Source: Nibricoccus sp. (GTDB lineage Bacteria > Verrucomicrobiota > Verrucomicrobiia > Opitutales > Opitutaceae). Taken from it: a DNA stretch of 64,000 nucleotides. The DNA lies in assembly GCA_047602425.1 (NCBI GenBank), contig JASGHG010000001.1:3264001-3328000 (forward strand). Reading direction: 5' to 3'. Positions within the stretch are counted from its first letter, which is position 1, and each line of letters begins with the position of its first letter. The notes under the pieces are model-generated. The model had not been told where the DNA came from and did no database searches. It saw nothing but the letters and a program-made list of their open reading frames with translations. The position numbers were made by a program, and so were the translations under genes. Of this stretch, positions 49,206-60,240 are shown one piece after another.

Positions 49206-50060
49206 ATGAAAAAACAGGCCCTGCTCCTCGCGTTGATCGTGCTGCACTTCGTTGTGTGGACGGCCTGGGCGGGGCCTGTTCGCGTGGTGTCACAAACGGT
49301 CGGCACGGATGAGCTTTTAATTGCGCTGGCCGAACCATCGCAAATCGCCGCGCTCAGTCACTTGGCGCGGGAATCGGCCTTTTCGACCGTTGCTGAAGAG
49401 GCGAAGAAATTCCCTCAGCTGCCAAAAAACTGCGACCTCGAAGGTGTCTTGAAATTTGAGCCCACGCTTTTGCTTTGTGCCGATTACAGTCGGGCGGAAG
49501 TGGTCGAGCAGGCGCGCCGCGCCGGCCTGAAAGTGATCGTGCTGACGCGCTACTACACGCTGCAGGATGCCTATGACAACTTACGGTTGATTGCGCGCGA
49601 ACTCGGGCCCGAGGCTGTGGCGCGCGCCGAACGCATTGTTGCCGACTGCGAAGAGCGGGTGGCGAAATTACACGAACGTTTGCGCGGGGCGAAACTGGTT
49701 CGGGTCATGGCGCCTTCGACTTATGGCGTGATTCCGGGCGACAACTCGACGTTCCAAGACATGTGTGAGCATGCGGGAGCCGAGAATCTCGGATTTACCC
49801 TAGGGAAACTCCACGGCCACGCGGCTCCGCCCGTCGAGCAAATGCTCACCTGGCCGATCGACCGTTTGGTGGTAACGGGTGATTCGCTCGAATCGGCGCT
49901 TGCGACTTTCAAAAAAATCTCGCCGTACCAATACATGCCGGCGGTGCGCGAAAATCGCGCGATTCTGCTCAAGCCCTGTTTGATCAGCACGGTCACGCAC
50001 CATCGCGTCGAAGCTTACGAAATGCTCGCGCGAGCTCTGCATCCGGAGAGGTTCCCATGA
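49206..50060 (+). CDS. btuF: Cobalamin ABC transporter substrate-binding protein
   Basis: RVVSQTVGTDELLIALA; helical-backbone binding-protein pattern; operon context. Confidence 0.82.
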   Translation: MKKQALLLALIVLHFVVWTAWAGPVRVVSQTVGTDELLIALAEPSQIAALSHLARESAFSTVAEEAKKFPQLPKNCDLEGVLKFEPTLLLCADYSRAEVVEQARRAGLKVIVLTRYYTLQDAYDNLRLIARELGPEAVARAERIVADCEERVAKLHERLRGAKLVRVMAPSTYGVIPGDNSTFQDMCEHAGAENLGFTLGKLHGHAAPPVEQMLTWPIDRLVVTGDSLESALATFKKISPYQYMPAVRENRAILLKPCLISTVTHHRVEAYEMLARALHPERFP

Positions 50061-51034
50061 CGCCGCCCTGGGTTCATCGCATCGCGCTGCCGGTCGCCTT
50101 GATTCTGCTTGGGTTGCTCGCGCTGACGTCGCTGGCGATTGGAGATATGCGACTGGGTCCGGCGCGCATTTGGGCGGGTCTGACGCACGAAGACGAACTG
50201 GCGTCAATGGTCCTCTGGAACATCCGCGTGCCGCGCATGCTGGTGTCGGTTTTGGTAGGTTCGGCTCTGGCGGCAAGCGGCCTGGTGATGCAGGCCTATT
50301 TTCGCAACAGCCTGGCGAGTCCGGGCCTGCTGGGCGTTTCAAGCGGAGGCGCCGCGGGCGCAGTGGTGCTGATAGGTTTGGGCTGGGCGACGACGTCGGT
50401 TTTTGCACTTCCACTGGCGGCAATTCTGGGAGCTTTTCTCGCGACGGGCGCGGTGGTTTTGCTGGCGCGGCGCGGCGCCAGCACGGAACGGCTTTTGCTG
50501 GCGGGCGTGGCGCTGAATGCGCTGCTCGGCGCGGTGACGAGTTATGTGCTTTCGAATTTCACGCTTACCTACGACCGCAACGCGAAAATCCTTTTCTGGC
50601 TGCTTGGCGGCCTGGAGGACCGCACGTGGGAACACGTGACAATGGCCTCGCCGATTTTGCTGGCGGCTGTGCTGCTCTGGCCACTGGGGCGGCCGATGGA
50701 TTTGCTCAGCCTCGGAGCACGCGAGGCGCAGAGCCTCGGTGTCGATGTCAAACGGTTGCGGCGATGGATGCTCGTACTCTCGACGTTGCTGACCGCACTG
50801 GCGACTTCCGTGGTGGGCACCGTGGGTTTTGTCGGTTTGATCGTGCCCCATTTGTTGCGACTGCTGGTCGGACCTGAACACAAACGGCTGGTGCCGCTGA
50901 CGCTGATCGTCGGCGCCGCCTTCGTACTCGCCTGCGATTTGATCGGTCGCAGCGCAGGCGGACTTCGCGTCGGCATCGTGACCTCGTTGATTGGCGGACC
51001 CTTTTTTCTATGGCTACTGAGACGACAGGCGTGA
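50057..51034 (+). CDS. btuC: Cobalamin ABC transporter permease (FecCD family)
   Basis: IRVPR, FRNSLASPGLLGVSSG, EAQSLGV and GFVGLIVPH. Confidence 0.9.
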   Translation: MTPPWVHRIALPVALILLGLLALTSLAIGDMRLGPARIWAGLTHEDELASMVLWNIRVPRMLVSVLVGSALAASGLVMQAYFRNSLASPGLLGVSSGGAAGAVVLIGLGWATTSVFALPLAAILGAFLATGAVVLLARRGASTERLLLAGVALNALLGAVTSYVLSNFTLTYDRNAKILFWLLGGLEDRTWEHVTMASPILLAAVLLWPLGRPMDLLSLGAREAQSLGVDVKRLRRWMLVLSTLLTALATSVVGTVGFVGLIVPHLLRLLVGPEHKRLVPLTLIVGAAFVLACDLIGRSAGGLRVGIVTSLIGGPFFLWLLRRQA

Positions 51035-51744
51035 CGGCGCTGACCGTGACCAACGCCTCGGTGCCGGGGCGGCTTGAAAACGTGAGCCTCTCGCTCACGC
51101 CGGGCATGCTTGCGGGATTGGTTGGCCCGAACGGCAGCGGCAAGTCCACGCTTTTACAGGTGGCAGGTGGTTTGCTTCCGTCGACCGGAAGCGTGACCTG
51201 GAACGGCCGCGAGGTGGACGATCTTGCGATCGCTGAGCGGGGCCGGCTGGCCGCGTGGGTGCCGCAGGAGGCGCGGTTCGAATTTGGGTTTTCCGTACGT
51301 TCGGTGGTTGCGCAAGGCCGGTATGCCTGGGGTGACGACGAAGCCGGTGTGGATGAGGCGTTGGAGCAACTGGACCTGACGGCACTGGCCCACCGGCCCG
51401 TCAATCAGCTCTCTGGGGGCGAACGCCAGCGTGTCATGATTGCCCGCGCGCTTGTGACGGAAGCTCCGCTTCAACTCTGGGACGAGCCGCTGGCACCCCT
51501 CGATCCGAGGCACGCGCTGGAAGTGCTCGCGCATGCGCGTCGCGTGACGCGTGCGAAAACCACGATGCTTTTTTCGCTGCACGATTTGCGCGCGGCCTAC
51601 TGTCTGGATTTTGTCGTCGTGATGCATCAAGGTCGGCTCCGTGCCGCCGGCCAACCTGAAAAAGTGCTCACGCCGGAACTCTTGATGGATGTCTTCGGCG
51701 TGCGCGCGAAGCAAATCCCCGGACTCACTTTGGAACTTCCATGA
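51031..51744 (+). CDS. btuD: Cobalamin ABC transporter ATPase
   Basis: GPNGSGKST, LSGGERQRV and DEP. GTG 51031 overlaps the btuC stop (alternative ATG 51010). Confidence 0.88.
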   Translation: MTALTVTNASVPGRLENVSLSLTPGMLAGLVGPNGSGKSTLLQVAGGLLPSTGSVTWNGREVDDLAIAERGRLAAWVPQEARFEFGFSVRSVVAQGRYAWGDDEAGVDEALEQLDLTALAHRPVNQLSGGERQRVMIARALVTEAPLQLWDEPLAPLDPRHALEVLAHARRVTRAKTTMLFSLHDLRAAYCLDFVVVMHQGRLRAAGQPEKVLTPELLMDVFGVRAKQIPGLTLELP

Positions 51745-52352
51745 ACAAAACACCCACTACCGCCAAGACCGAAGAACAGCACCGCGAAGACATGCAGGCC
51801 TTGCAGGCTGAGATGCGCAAAAAACTGAATGCAGCGAAGGACAAGCATGGGCTGATCATGGTCCACACCGGCAATGGCAAGGGCAAATCGACCGCCGCGT
51901 TCGGCATGGTAGCGCGGTCGCTGGCCCACGGACGAAAAGTCGGCGTTGTGCAATTCATCAAGTCGACGCCCGATGCGATCGAAAAAGTTTTGCGCGGACC
52001 CAACTTGAAATGGCACGCGGTGGGCGATGGTTTTACCTGGGACACGCAGGATCGCGCCGGCGATATCGCGAAAGTGCGCGAGGGATGGAAATACGCCTGC
52101 GAATTTTTCAACGACCCGAATGTTTCGCTGGTGATGCTCGATGAGCTCAACGTTGTGCTCTCGATGGACTATCTGCCGGTCGATGAAGTGATCACCGCGC
52201 TGAAAGCGAAGCGTGCCGACCAGCACGTCGTCATCACCGGTCGCGGTGCGCCCCAGGCGTTGATGGATCTGGCCGATCTCGTCACGGAAATGCGAGAGAT
52301 AAAACATCCCTTCAAGGCCGGCGTGAAGGCGCAGCTCGGGATCGAATTCTAA
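51741..52352 (+). CDS. cobO: Corrinoid adenosyltransferase (CobA/CobO/BtuR)
   Basis: HTGNGKGKSTAAFG, VQFIK, GFTW and ADLVTEMREIKHPF. Confidence 0.95.
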   Translation: MNKTPTTAKTEEQHREDMQALQAEMRKKLNAAKDKHGLIMVHTGNGKGKSTAAFGMVARSLAHGRKVGVVQFIKSTPDAIEKVLRGPNLKWHAVGDGFTWDTQDRAGDIAKVREGWKYACEFFNDPNVSLVMLDELNVVLSMDYLPVDEVITALKAKRADQHVVITGRGAPQALMDLADLVTEMREIKHPFKAGVKAQLGIEF

Positions 52353-52353
52353 A

Positions 52354-52448
52354 AATCTTTATCGTTCCTCTTTATCTTTCTCTTTCTCCCGTTCTTTTCC
52401 TGAGGGCGAAGGGGAGAAAGAGGAAAGAGTAAGATAAAGAGAAAGATT
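52354..52448. repeat. Pyrimidine/purine hexamer-repeat hairpin between cobO and cobQ
   Basis: AATCTTTATCGTTCCTCTTTATCTTTCTCTTTCTCCC ... GGGGAGAAAGAGGAAAGAGTAAGATAAAGAGAAAGATT. Confidence 0.7.
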
Positions 52449-52456
52449 AGAAACTG

Positions 52457-53911
52457 ATGAAAGCCCTCGGCATTCTTGGCACCTCTTCGGGCGCAGGCAA
52501 ATCGTGGATCACAACGGCGGTTTGTGCCTGGTTGCGCGGCCAGGGCGTACGTGTGGCGCCCTTCAAGGCGCAGAACATGTCGAACAACGCTTGGGCTACT
52601 TTCGACGGTGGCGAGATCGCGAGAGCGCAGGCGGTGCAGGCAGAGGCCTGCGGACTGACTCCCTGTGTGGAAATGAATCCCATCCTGCTCAAACCCTCCG
52701 GCGCACAAGGCTCGCAGGTGATTTTGCAAGGCCGGGCAAAACCACATAAAACCGCCAGAGACTATTACGGCAATTTCGACGAACTCTGGACGCTGGTGCG
52801 CGAGACGCTCGATGGCTGGCGAAGCAAATGCGACGTGCTTGTCCTCGAAGGCGCGGGCAGTCCGGTGGAGTTGAATCTGATGGAGCACGACCTCGTGAAC
52901 ACGCGTCCGTTGCGGTACCTCGATGGTCGCTCGTTGTTGGTTGGTGACATTGACCGCGGGGGCATTTACGCGCAGTTGGCCGGAACATGGCAGCTTTTGC
53001 CGGCGGAAGATCGTGCGCGGCTGCTGGGCGCGGTGGTGAACCGTTTTCGCGGCGACATCGGCTTGTTTCCCGACCCAAACCACTGGCTCGCACCCCATGC
53101 GCCCGGTTTCAGGATTCTAGGCACCGTGCCGCTGCGTCCGGATTTGCAACCTGAGGAGGAGGATGGCCTGGCGCCGGGCGACGAGGATCGTGGGCAGGGC
53201 GAAATGATTGCCTGGATACGTTTGCCCCATGTGGCGAACCTGACCGACTGCCAGCCTTGGTGGGACGACGAAGGAGTTCGTACGCGCTGGGTGCAAACCG
53301 CGAACGAGCTGACGGCCGCGCGCGCGGTTATCATTCCAGGAACGAAGAATACTTTAGCGGATTTGCGATGGTTGCGTTCGACCGGTCTCGCTCGGGCGAT
53401 CGTCAAGGCGGCACGTTCGGGCGTGCCGGTTATCGGACTTTGCGGCGGTTATCAAATCCTCGGGGAACATCTTTCCGATCCCGCCGGTGTCGCCGGCGAT
53501 TCGGGCGAAGAGGAGGGCCTGGGACTGCTGCCAATCCGAACTGTTTTCGAGAAGGAAAAATTTGTGCGGCAGGTCACCGCGATTTGCGGGGAACGCCGCT
53601 GGCAGGCTTACGAAATGCACATGGGGCGGACCCGCGCGACGCGCGAGCATACACCCTTGTTACTGGTTGAGGATGGTTCGGGGACTCATCCGGAAGGAGC
53701 GAAGGCCGGCAGTGTCTGGGGAACCTATTTGCACGGCTGGTTCGAGGCGCCGGAGACGCGGAAACTCGTCACGGCGGCCGCCGGGATCAGCGGTCACCGC
53801 GCCTGTGCCGCGACTTGGGTGGAACAACGGCAGAAAATTTATACGGAGATGGCCCGGCATCTCACGGCCCACGTCGATCTCGATCCAGTCCGCCGATATC
53901 TCGGACTTTGA
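52457..53911 (+). CDS. cobQ: Cobyric acid synthase
   Basis: GTSSGAGKS, PFKAQNMSNN, MNPILLKP, EGAGSPVE, GLCGGYQ and GTYLHG. Confidence 0.95.
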   Translation: MKALGILGTSSGAGKSWITTAVCAWLRGQGVRVAPFKAQNMSNNAWATFDGGEIARAQAVQAEACGLTPCVEMNPILLKPSGAQGSQVILQGRAKPHKTARDYYGNFDELWTLVRETLDGWRSKCDVLVLEGAGSPVELNLMEHDLVNTRPLRYLDGRSLLVGDIDRGGIYAQLAGTWQLLPAEDRARLLGAVVNRFRGDIGLFPDPNHWLAPHAPGFRILGTVPLRPDLQPEEEDGLAPGDEDRGQGEMIAWIRLPHVANLTDCQPWWDDEGVRTRWVQTANELTAARAVIIPGTKNTLADLRWLRSTGLARAIVKAARSGVPVIGLCGGYQILGEHLSDPAGVAGDSGEEEGLGLLPIRTVFEKEKFVRQVTAICGERRWQAYEMHMGRTRATREHTPLLLVEDGSGTHPEGAKAGSVWGTYLHGWFEAPETRKLVTAAAGISGHRACAATWVEQRQKIYTEMARHLTAHVDLDPVRRYLGL

Positions 53912-53935
53912 GTGGCAGGAATTGTCGCGCAGAAT

Positions 53936-53963
53936 AAAAAAGCCGGGCGCGGAGCCCGGCTTT
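53936..53963. terminator. Bidirectional intrinsic terminator between cobQ and the ECF sigma gene
   Basis: AAAAAAGCCGGGC-GCGGA-GCCCGGCTTT. Confidence 0.8.
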
Positions 53964-53991
53964 CGAAATGGTGCAAAGTGGCGGCGGCTTT

Positions 53992-54753
53992 TTAGGCGTA
54001 TGCGATGGCTTGGCAACCGTAGACGACGCGCGAGGCCACGAAGAAATCCTCTGGACCGGCTTCGGCGTCGAATTCCGGGGCTGTCTCGCTGAGCAGCTTG
54101 CGCAGATTTTCGCGGGCGCGGGCGATGCGGCTTTTCACTGTGCCGACATTGATACCGAGAGCGCGGGCGATCTCATCGTAGGGAAGGTTGAGAATATTGC
54201 GCATCGTCAGAATCTCACGGTGGCGTGAATCCAGTTTTTCCATACAAGAGGAAATCAGCTCGGTGAATTCCTGCGTGACGGTTTCCTGGACCGGGCTGTG
54301 CGTGTCGGCGGCGATCAAATCGGAGAAAGTGCCTTCGGACTCCTCGTTGAGCGGTCGCTCAAGCGAAACGGAATCCTGACGACGGCGGCGGAAGAAATAC
54401 CAGTAGCGATTGCGTGAGAGATTGAGCGCGATGCGGTAGAGCCAGGTCGCGAGCGAGGAATCGCCGCGGAAATTGGCGAGACCGCGATGCGCGCGAATGA
54501 AGGTGTCTTGGGCGATTTCCTCGGCATCGGCGGCATTGCGGAGGAGATTGTGAGCGAGACCGAAAATCTTGCTATGGTAACGGTCCATGATTTCGACGAA
54601 CGCAGATTCTTCGCCTCGGTTGAAGCGAGCGATCAGTTCGGAGTCATAAGCGGCTTCCTGGGCGGAATCGGATTGTGCGGCTTTGCTAGTGAAAGGCGGC
54701 AGAGTGTTGCAAAGCTGGCGTGGAGAGGCTGGGCGGGTGATAGATTGTGGCAT
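53992..54753 (-). CDS. ECF (sigma-70 group 4) RNA polymerase sigma factor
   Basis: Region 2 DAEEIAQDTFIRA..FRGDSSLATWLYRIALN and region 4 YDEIARALGINVGTVKSRIARAR. Confidence 0.93.
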   Translation of the reverse strand: MPQSITRPASPRQLCNTLPPFTSKAAQSDSAQEAAYDSELIARFNRGEESAFVEIMDRYHSKIFGLAHNLLRNAADAEEIAQDTFIRAHRGLANFRGDSSLATWLYRIALNLSRNRYWYFFRRRRQDSVSLERPLNEESEGTFSDLIAADTHSPVQETVTQEFTELISSCMEKLDSRHREILTMRNILNLPYDEIARALGINVGTVKSRIARARENLRKLLSETAPEFDAEAGPEDFFVASRVVYGCQAIAYA

Positions 54754-55316
54754 ATTCAAGAGGGCTCCAGTTGCTGTTCGATGCCTCTCTTAAACCTCAT
54801 CCCGTGCCACGTTGTTAAAATACTTAAAAGCAGCTTAATACCAACAGTTTAAAATACTGATATAACCGCGACGGTCGCTGATTCCGTGCACTTTGAATGG
54901 CGTGGTTTTAGTAAATCTTGCAAAATGCAAGACGTCGCTCCCGAGTTTTTGAGCGAATAACCGGCCGCAGTATCTAGGCCTTTCTGGGGTTTCCCTAACG
55001 CGTCAGCAAATTTCTCTCTTAGTACGCGGCCAATTGAAGAAGTGCCACGATTCTCGATTTAAAGTTTAGATCTGGGCCGTAGGATAAGAGCCACACCATC
55101 GCACAACGGAAGAACGTGGGTCTAGCGATGGTGATCCACGTGCGATGATCGAGCCGAGCCCATATAAAGTCAGTGGGGCAGCGACTTCCGAATCGCGACA
55201 TTGGCTGAAAGAGAAGTGAAATGCTTTTGGTTCGGTCGACAGGACTCTCGGAAAGACGAACGAGGGAAAACGCCTAGGCCGGTAACGTTGCGGCCGGCAA
55301 CTTCGTCTAGCTTGGT

Positions 55317-56480
55317 ATGCCTTCGTCTCCAGCTGCCTCTCGGACCCCATTTGCTCGTATTTCGCGGGCACCTCACACGCCGATTCACCGCTGGCCGAAT
55401 TCAACGGCTGAAACAGCAGGGCAATGCGACTTGGCGCAGCAGGTGGTTTCGCTCGTACCGCAGCCCGGAGAAATGACGGACGCCTTCGTCTCGCGCGTGG
55501 CGGAGGAATTGAAACGTCGCGGCGCGTCGGTTTTGATGGTGATGGCTTACGGTTCGGTTGAGATGCATGACGCCGTCATGGAGTCGCTTGGACGCGCGGC
55601 GGGCGGCATCGATTGGCCCATTCTTTGGGTGGAAGGTGCAAATTGTTTTGGCGGACCATTGGCTGGATTTCAGATTTTTGTCCTGCCGGGGCGAAAGATC
55701 GAGCGTCTGCGTTTTGGTGGACGTGTGATTGGTTCGGTATTTAACGATGGCAGCGCCCGACACTGTTTGATGGCAGGTCTTGCGCCTGCCGGCGTATTGG
55801 CGTCGCGAGTCACGCAATGCGAAGAGCTTTTCAAAAGCGCGTCCCGCGTCCTGGCAGAAGCTGGTTTTTCCTATGGCGACGTCGCGCGCACTTGGTTTTA
55901 CAACGACGAAATTCTTTCGTGGTACGACGATTTCAATCGCGTGCGCACGGCATTTTATGCGCAGCACAAGTTTACTTGCGGCTCGCTTCCGGCGAGCACG
56001 GCGGTGCGGGGGCGTAATCCCCGCGGGGCGGCGCTCGTTTTTGGAGCTTGGGCGGTGGTTGAGGAAACTGCAGAGGCAAGCGTTCAAGAAGTGGCCTCGC
56101 CGCTGCAATGTCCGGCGCCGGCTTACGGAAGCTCGTTTAGCCGGGCCACGGAAATTGTCTCGGGCGGCGTGAAGCGTCTGCTGGTTTCCGGTACGGCGAG
56201 TATTGAGCCCGGCGGCAAGACCGTCTGGCAGGGCGACGTGGTAAAACAAATTGCGCTCACCATGGAGGTGGTGGAGGCGATTTTGCGTCCGCGCGGGCTG
56301 AATTTTGAAAACGTGACTCGGGCGACGGCCTATTTCAAGCACGCGCAGGATGTCATGGTTTTCCAGAACTGGTTGGCGGAACGGGGCCTGAACGCCATGC
56401 CGGTGGTACCGGTGCACTGCGATATTTGTCGCGACGATCTCCTGTTTGAGATCGAACTCGACGCGTGCGCGACTGCTTGA
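55317..56480 (+). CDS. Long Rid-fold protein resembling the FkbO/Hyg5 chorismatase family
   Basis: VARTWFY, PASTAV, SPLQCPA..YGSSFSRA, VSGTASI and DICRDDLLFEIE. Confidence 0.75.
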   Translation: MPSSPAASRTPFARISRAPHTPIHRWPNSTAETAGQCDLAQQVVSLVPQPGEMTDAFVSRVAEELKRRGASVLMVMAYGSVEMHDAVMESLGRAAGGIDWPILWVEGANCFGGPLAGFQIFVLPGRKIERLRFGGRVIGSVFNDGSARHCLMAGLAPAGVLASRVTQCEELFKSASRVLAEAGFSYGDVARTWFYNDEILSWYDDFNRVRTAFYAQHKFTCGSLPASTAVRGRNPRGAALVFGAWAVVEETAEASVQEVASPLQCPAPAYGSSFSRATEIVSGGVKRLLVSGTASIEPGGKTVWQGDVVKQIALTMEVVEAILRPRGLNFENVTRATAYFKHAQDVMVFQNWLAERGLNAMPVVPVHCDICRDDLLFEIELDACATA

Positions 56481-56563
56481 GGTTTGAGCTCGGTCAAGGA
56501 GTCGGCGCAATCGCTCGATTTGAGTTGAAAAACGGCGCGGTTCGCATCCTTGGTATGCCTTCA

Positions 56564-56665
56564 CCTCGTTTAGGCGAGCCCGGAGCTCCGGGCTGAGATT
56601 GAGGCAAGATCGGCCTCTAAAGTCTTCGAACCTGATGCGCTTAACACCGCCGTAGGGAAAACAGG
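56564..56665 (+). ncRNA. TPP riboswitch
   Basis: GCTGAGA and TCGAACCTGAT...AACACC..CGTAGGGAA conserved elements directly upstream of thiC. Confidence 0.88.
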
Positions 56666-56713
56666 AACCGGATGCGAAAAGCGACGGAACTTGCGACCCG
56701 ATCAGCGGAGTAG

Positions 56714-58860
<2,147 letters not shown>

Positions 58861-58865
58861 GTCGT

Positions 58866-58960
58866 GAAAATCTCAAGCGGCAAAATTCCAAATCACAAAA
58901 TGACTGGCTGCGAGCCAGTGGCTAATTTCTGGGTTTCGATCCTTTGGAATTTGGCATTTC
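58866..58960. repeat. Heptamer-repeat hairpin element between thiS and the thiE-like gene
   Basis: A-rich arm CAAAATTCCAAATCACAAA, inner stem ACTGGCT/AGCCAGT and T-rich arm TTTGGAATTTGGCATTTC. Confidence 0.6.
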
Positions 58961-58964
58961 CCCA

Positions 58965-59597
58965 ATGAAATTGGCTGTGATTTCTCCCGAAGGCTACGAG
59001 CCACGCGAGCACGCGGTGCTGGCGGCACTGTTTGCGGCCGGACTTGAGCGATATCACGTGCGAAAACCGCAGTGGACGGAGCACGTATTACGAAACTTCG
59101 TCCGATTAGTCCCGGAAAAATGGCGCGCGCGGCTGGTGTTACACCAATACCACGCGTTAGCGGAGGAGTTTGGTTGTGGTGGTGTGCATTTCAAGGATTC
59201 CGAAGGCAAGGTGCGCCCGCCGGGTGTGCCGCGGTTTTCGGACGGCCATGCGGCTCAGCCTTGGGTCAGTCGTTCGTGTCACACACTCGCCACTCTGTCG
59301 TCAGCAGTCGGTTGTTTCGATTCGGTGTTTTTCAGCCCGGTGTTTCCTTCGATTTCCAAGCCTGGCTACGAACCAGCCACCGCTGTGAATGAGGTCGCGG
59401 ATTTTCTTGCAGGCCGAACCGATTCGCAGCGCCAAACCACCGTCTTTGCGCTCGGAGGCGTCACGCCGGGGAATGCGGCTCGTTGCGCCGATTTGGGATT
59501 TGACGGTGTCGCGGTGCTCGGAGCGCTTTGGCAGGCTTCGGAGCCACTGAAAGTTTTCGAACAGCTTCAACACGCTCTCTCTGCTCATGCCGCTTAA
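58965..59597 (+). CDS. Thiamine-phosphate-synthase-fold protein (TenI/ThiE-like paralog)
   Basis: HVRKP, GVH, SCH, FSPVFPSISKPGY and ALGGV; divergent from canonical ThiE. Confidence 0.8.
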   Translation: MKLAVISPEGYEPREHAVLAALFAAGLERYHVRKPQWTEHVLRNFVRLVPEKWRARLVLHQYHALAEEFGCGGVHFKDSEGKVRPPGVPRFSDGHAAQPWVSRSCHTLATLSSAVGCFDSVFFSPVFPSISKPGYEPATAVNEVADFLAGRTDSQRQTTVFALGGVTPGNAARCADLGFDGVAVLGALWQASEPLKVFEQLQHALSAHAA

Positions 59598-60237
59598 TCC
59601 GCACAAATATTCGGTGATGTGCATCACGCTCGACGGGCTTGCGCTTTCGCATGAAGAGCAGGCCGCGCGACTCTGCGAAGCGGGAGCGCGGTGGATTCAG
59701 TTTCGCCACAAAGGCGCGACGCTCGAAGCTTGGACGAAACTTGCGCGCGAAGTTGTCTTGGTGTGCCGTTCGCATGGTGCCGTTTGCATTGTCAACGACA
59801 GCGTAGACGTGGCGCTTGCGTCGGGCGCGGACGGCGTTCACCTCGGCAAACAGGATGAAGATTGGGTAACGGCGCGCCGCCGGCTGGGCCGCAGCCTTTT
59901 GCTCGGCGGCACGGTGAACAACGCCGACGAGGCCGCGCGCGCAATTCTGGCCAACTGCCTCGACTATGTAGGCGTTGGTCCGTGGCGGTTCACCCACACG
60001 AAGCAAAATCTTGCGCCCATACTCGGTGAAGCGGGGGTACGTTCGCTTGTGGCGATGTTGGATGGTTTGCCGGCATGGGTAATCGGTGGCATCGAGCCGG
60101 CGGACCTGCCGGCGATACGCGCGACCGGCGCGGCGGGCGTTGCCGTGTCATCAGGCCTTTTTCGGGACGGCCAAGTGACGACCAATTTCAAGAACTACGC
60201 GCACGCGTGGTTGGACGATCAATCCTGCTCCATCTGA
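59587..60237 (+). CDS. thiE: Thiamine phosphate synthase
   Basis: WIQFRHK, IVND, ADGVHLGKQD and DYVGVGPWRFTHTK. Confidence 0.92.
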   Translation: MPLNPHKYSVMCITLDGLALSHEEQAARLCEAGARWIQFRHKGATLEAWTKLAREVVLVCRSHGAVCIVNDSVDVALASGADGVHLGKQDEDWVTARRRLGRSLLLGGTVNNADEAARAILANCLDYVGVGPWRFTHTKQNLAPILGEAGVRSLVAMLDGLPAWVIGGIEPADLPAIRATGAAGVAVSSGLFRDGQVTTNFKNYAHAWLDDQSCSI

Positions 60238-60240
60238 ATA

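Noticed and set aside
54795..54810. Sigma-54 promoter for the ECF gene (TGGCACG on the minus strand)
   Set aside because: No TTGC -12 element at the required spacing.
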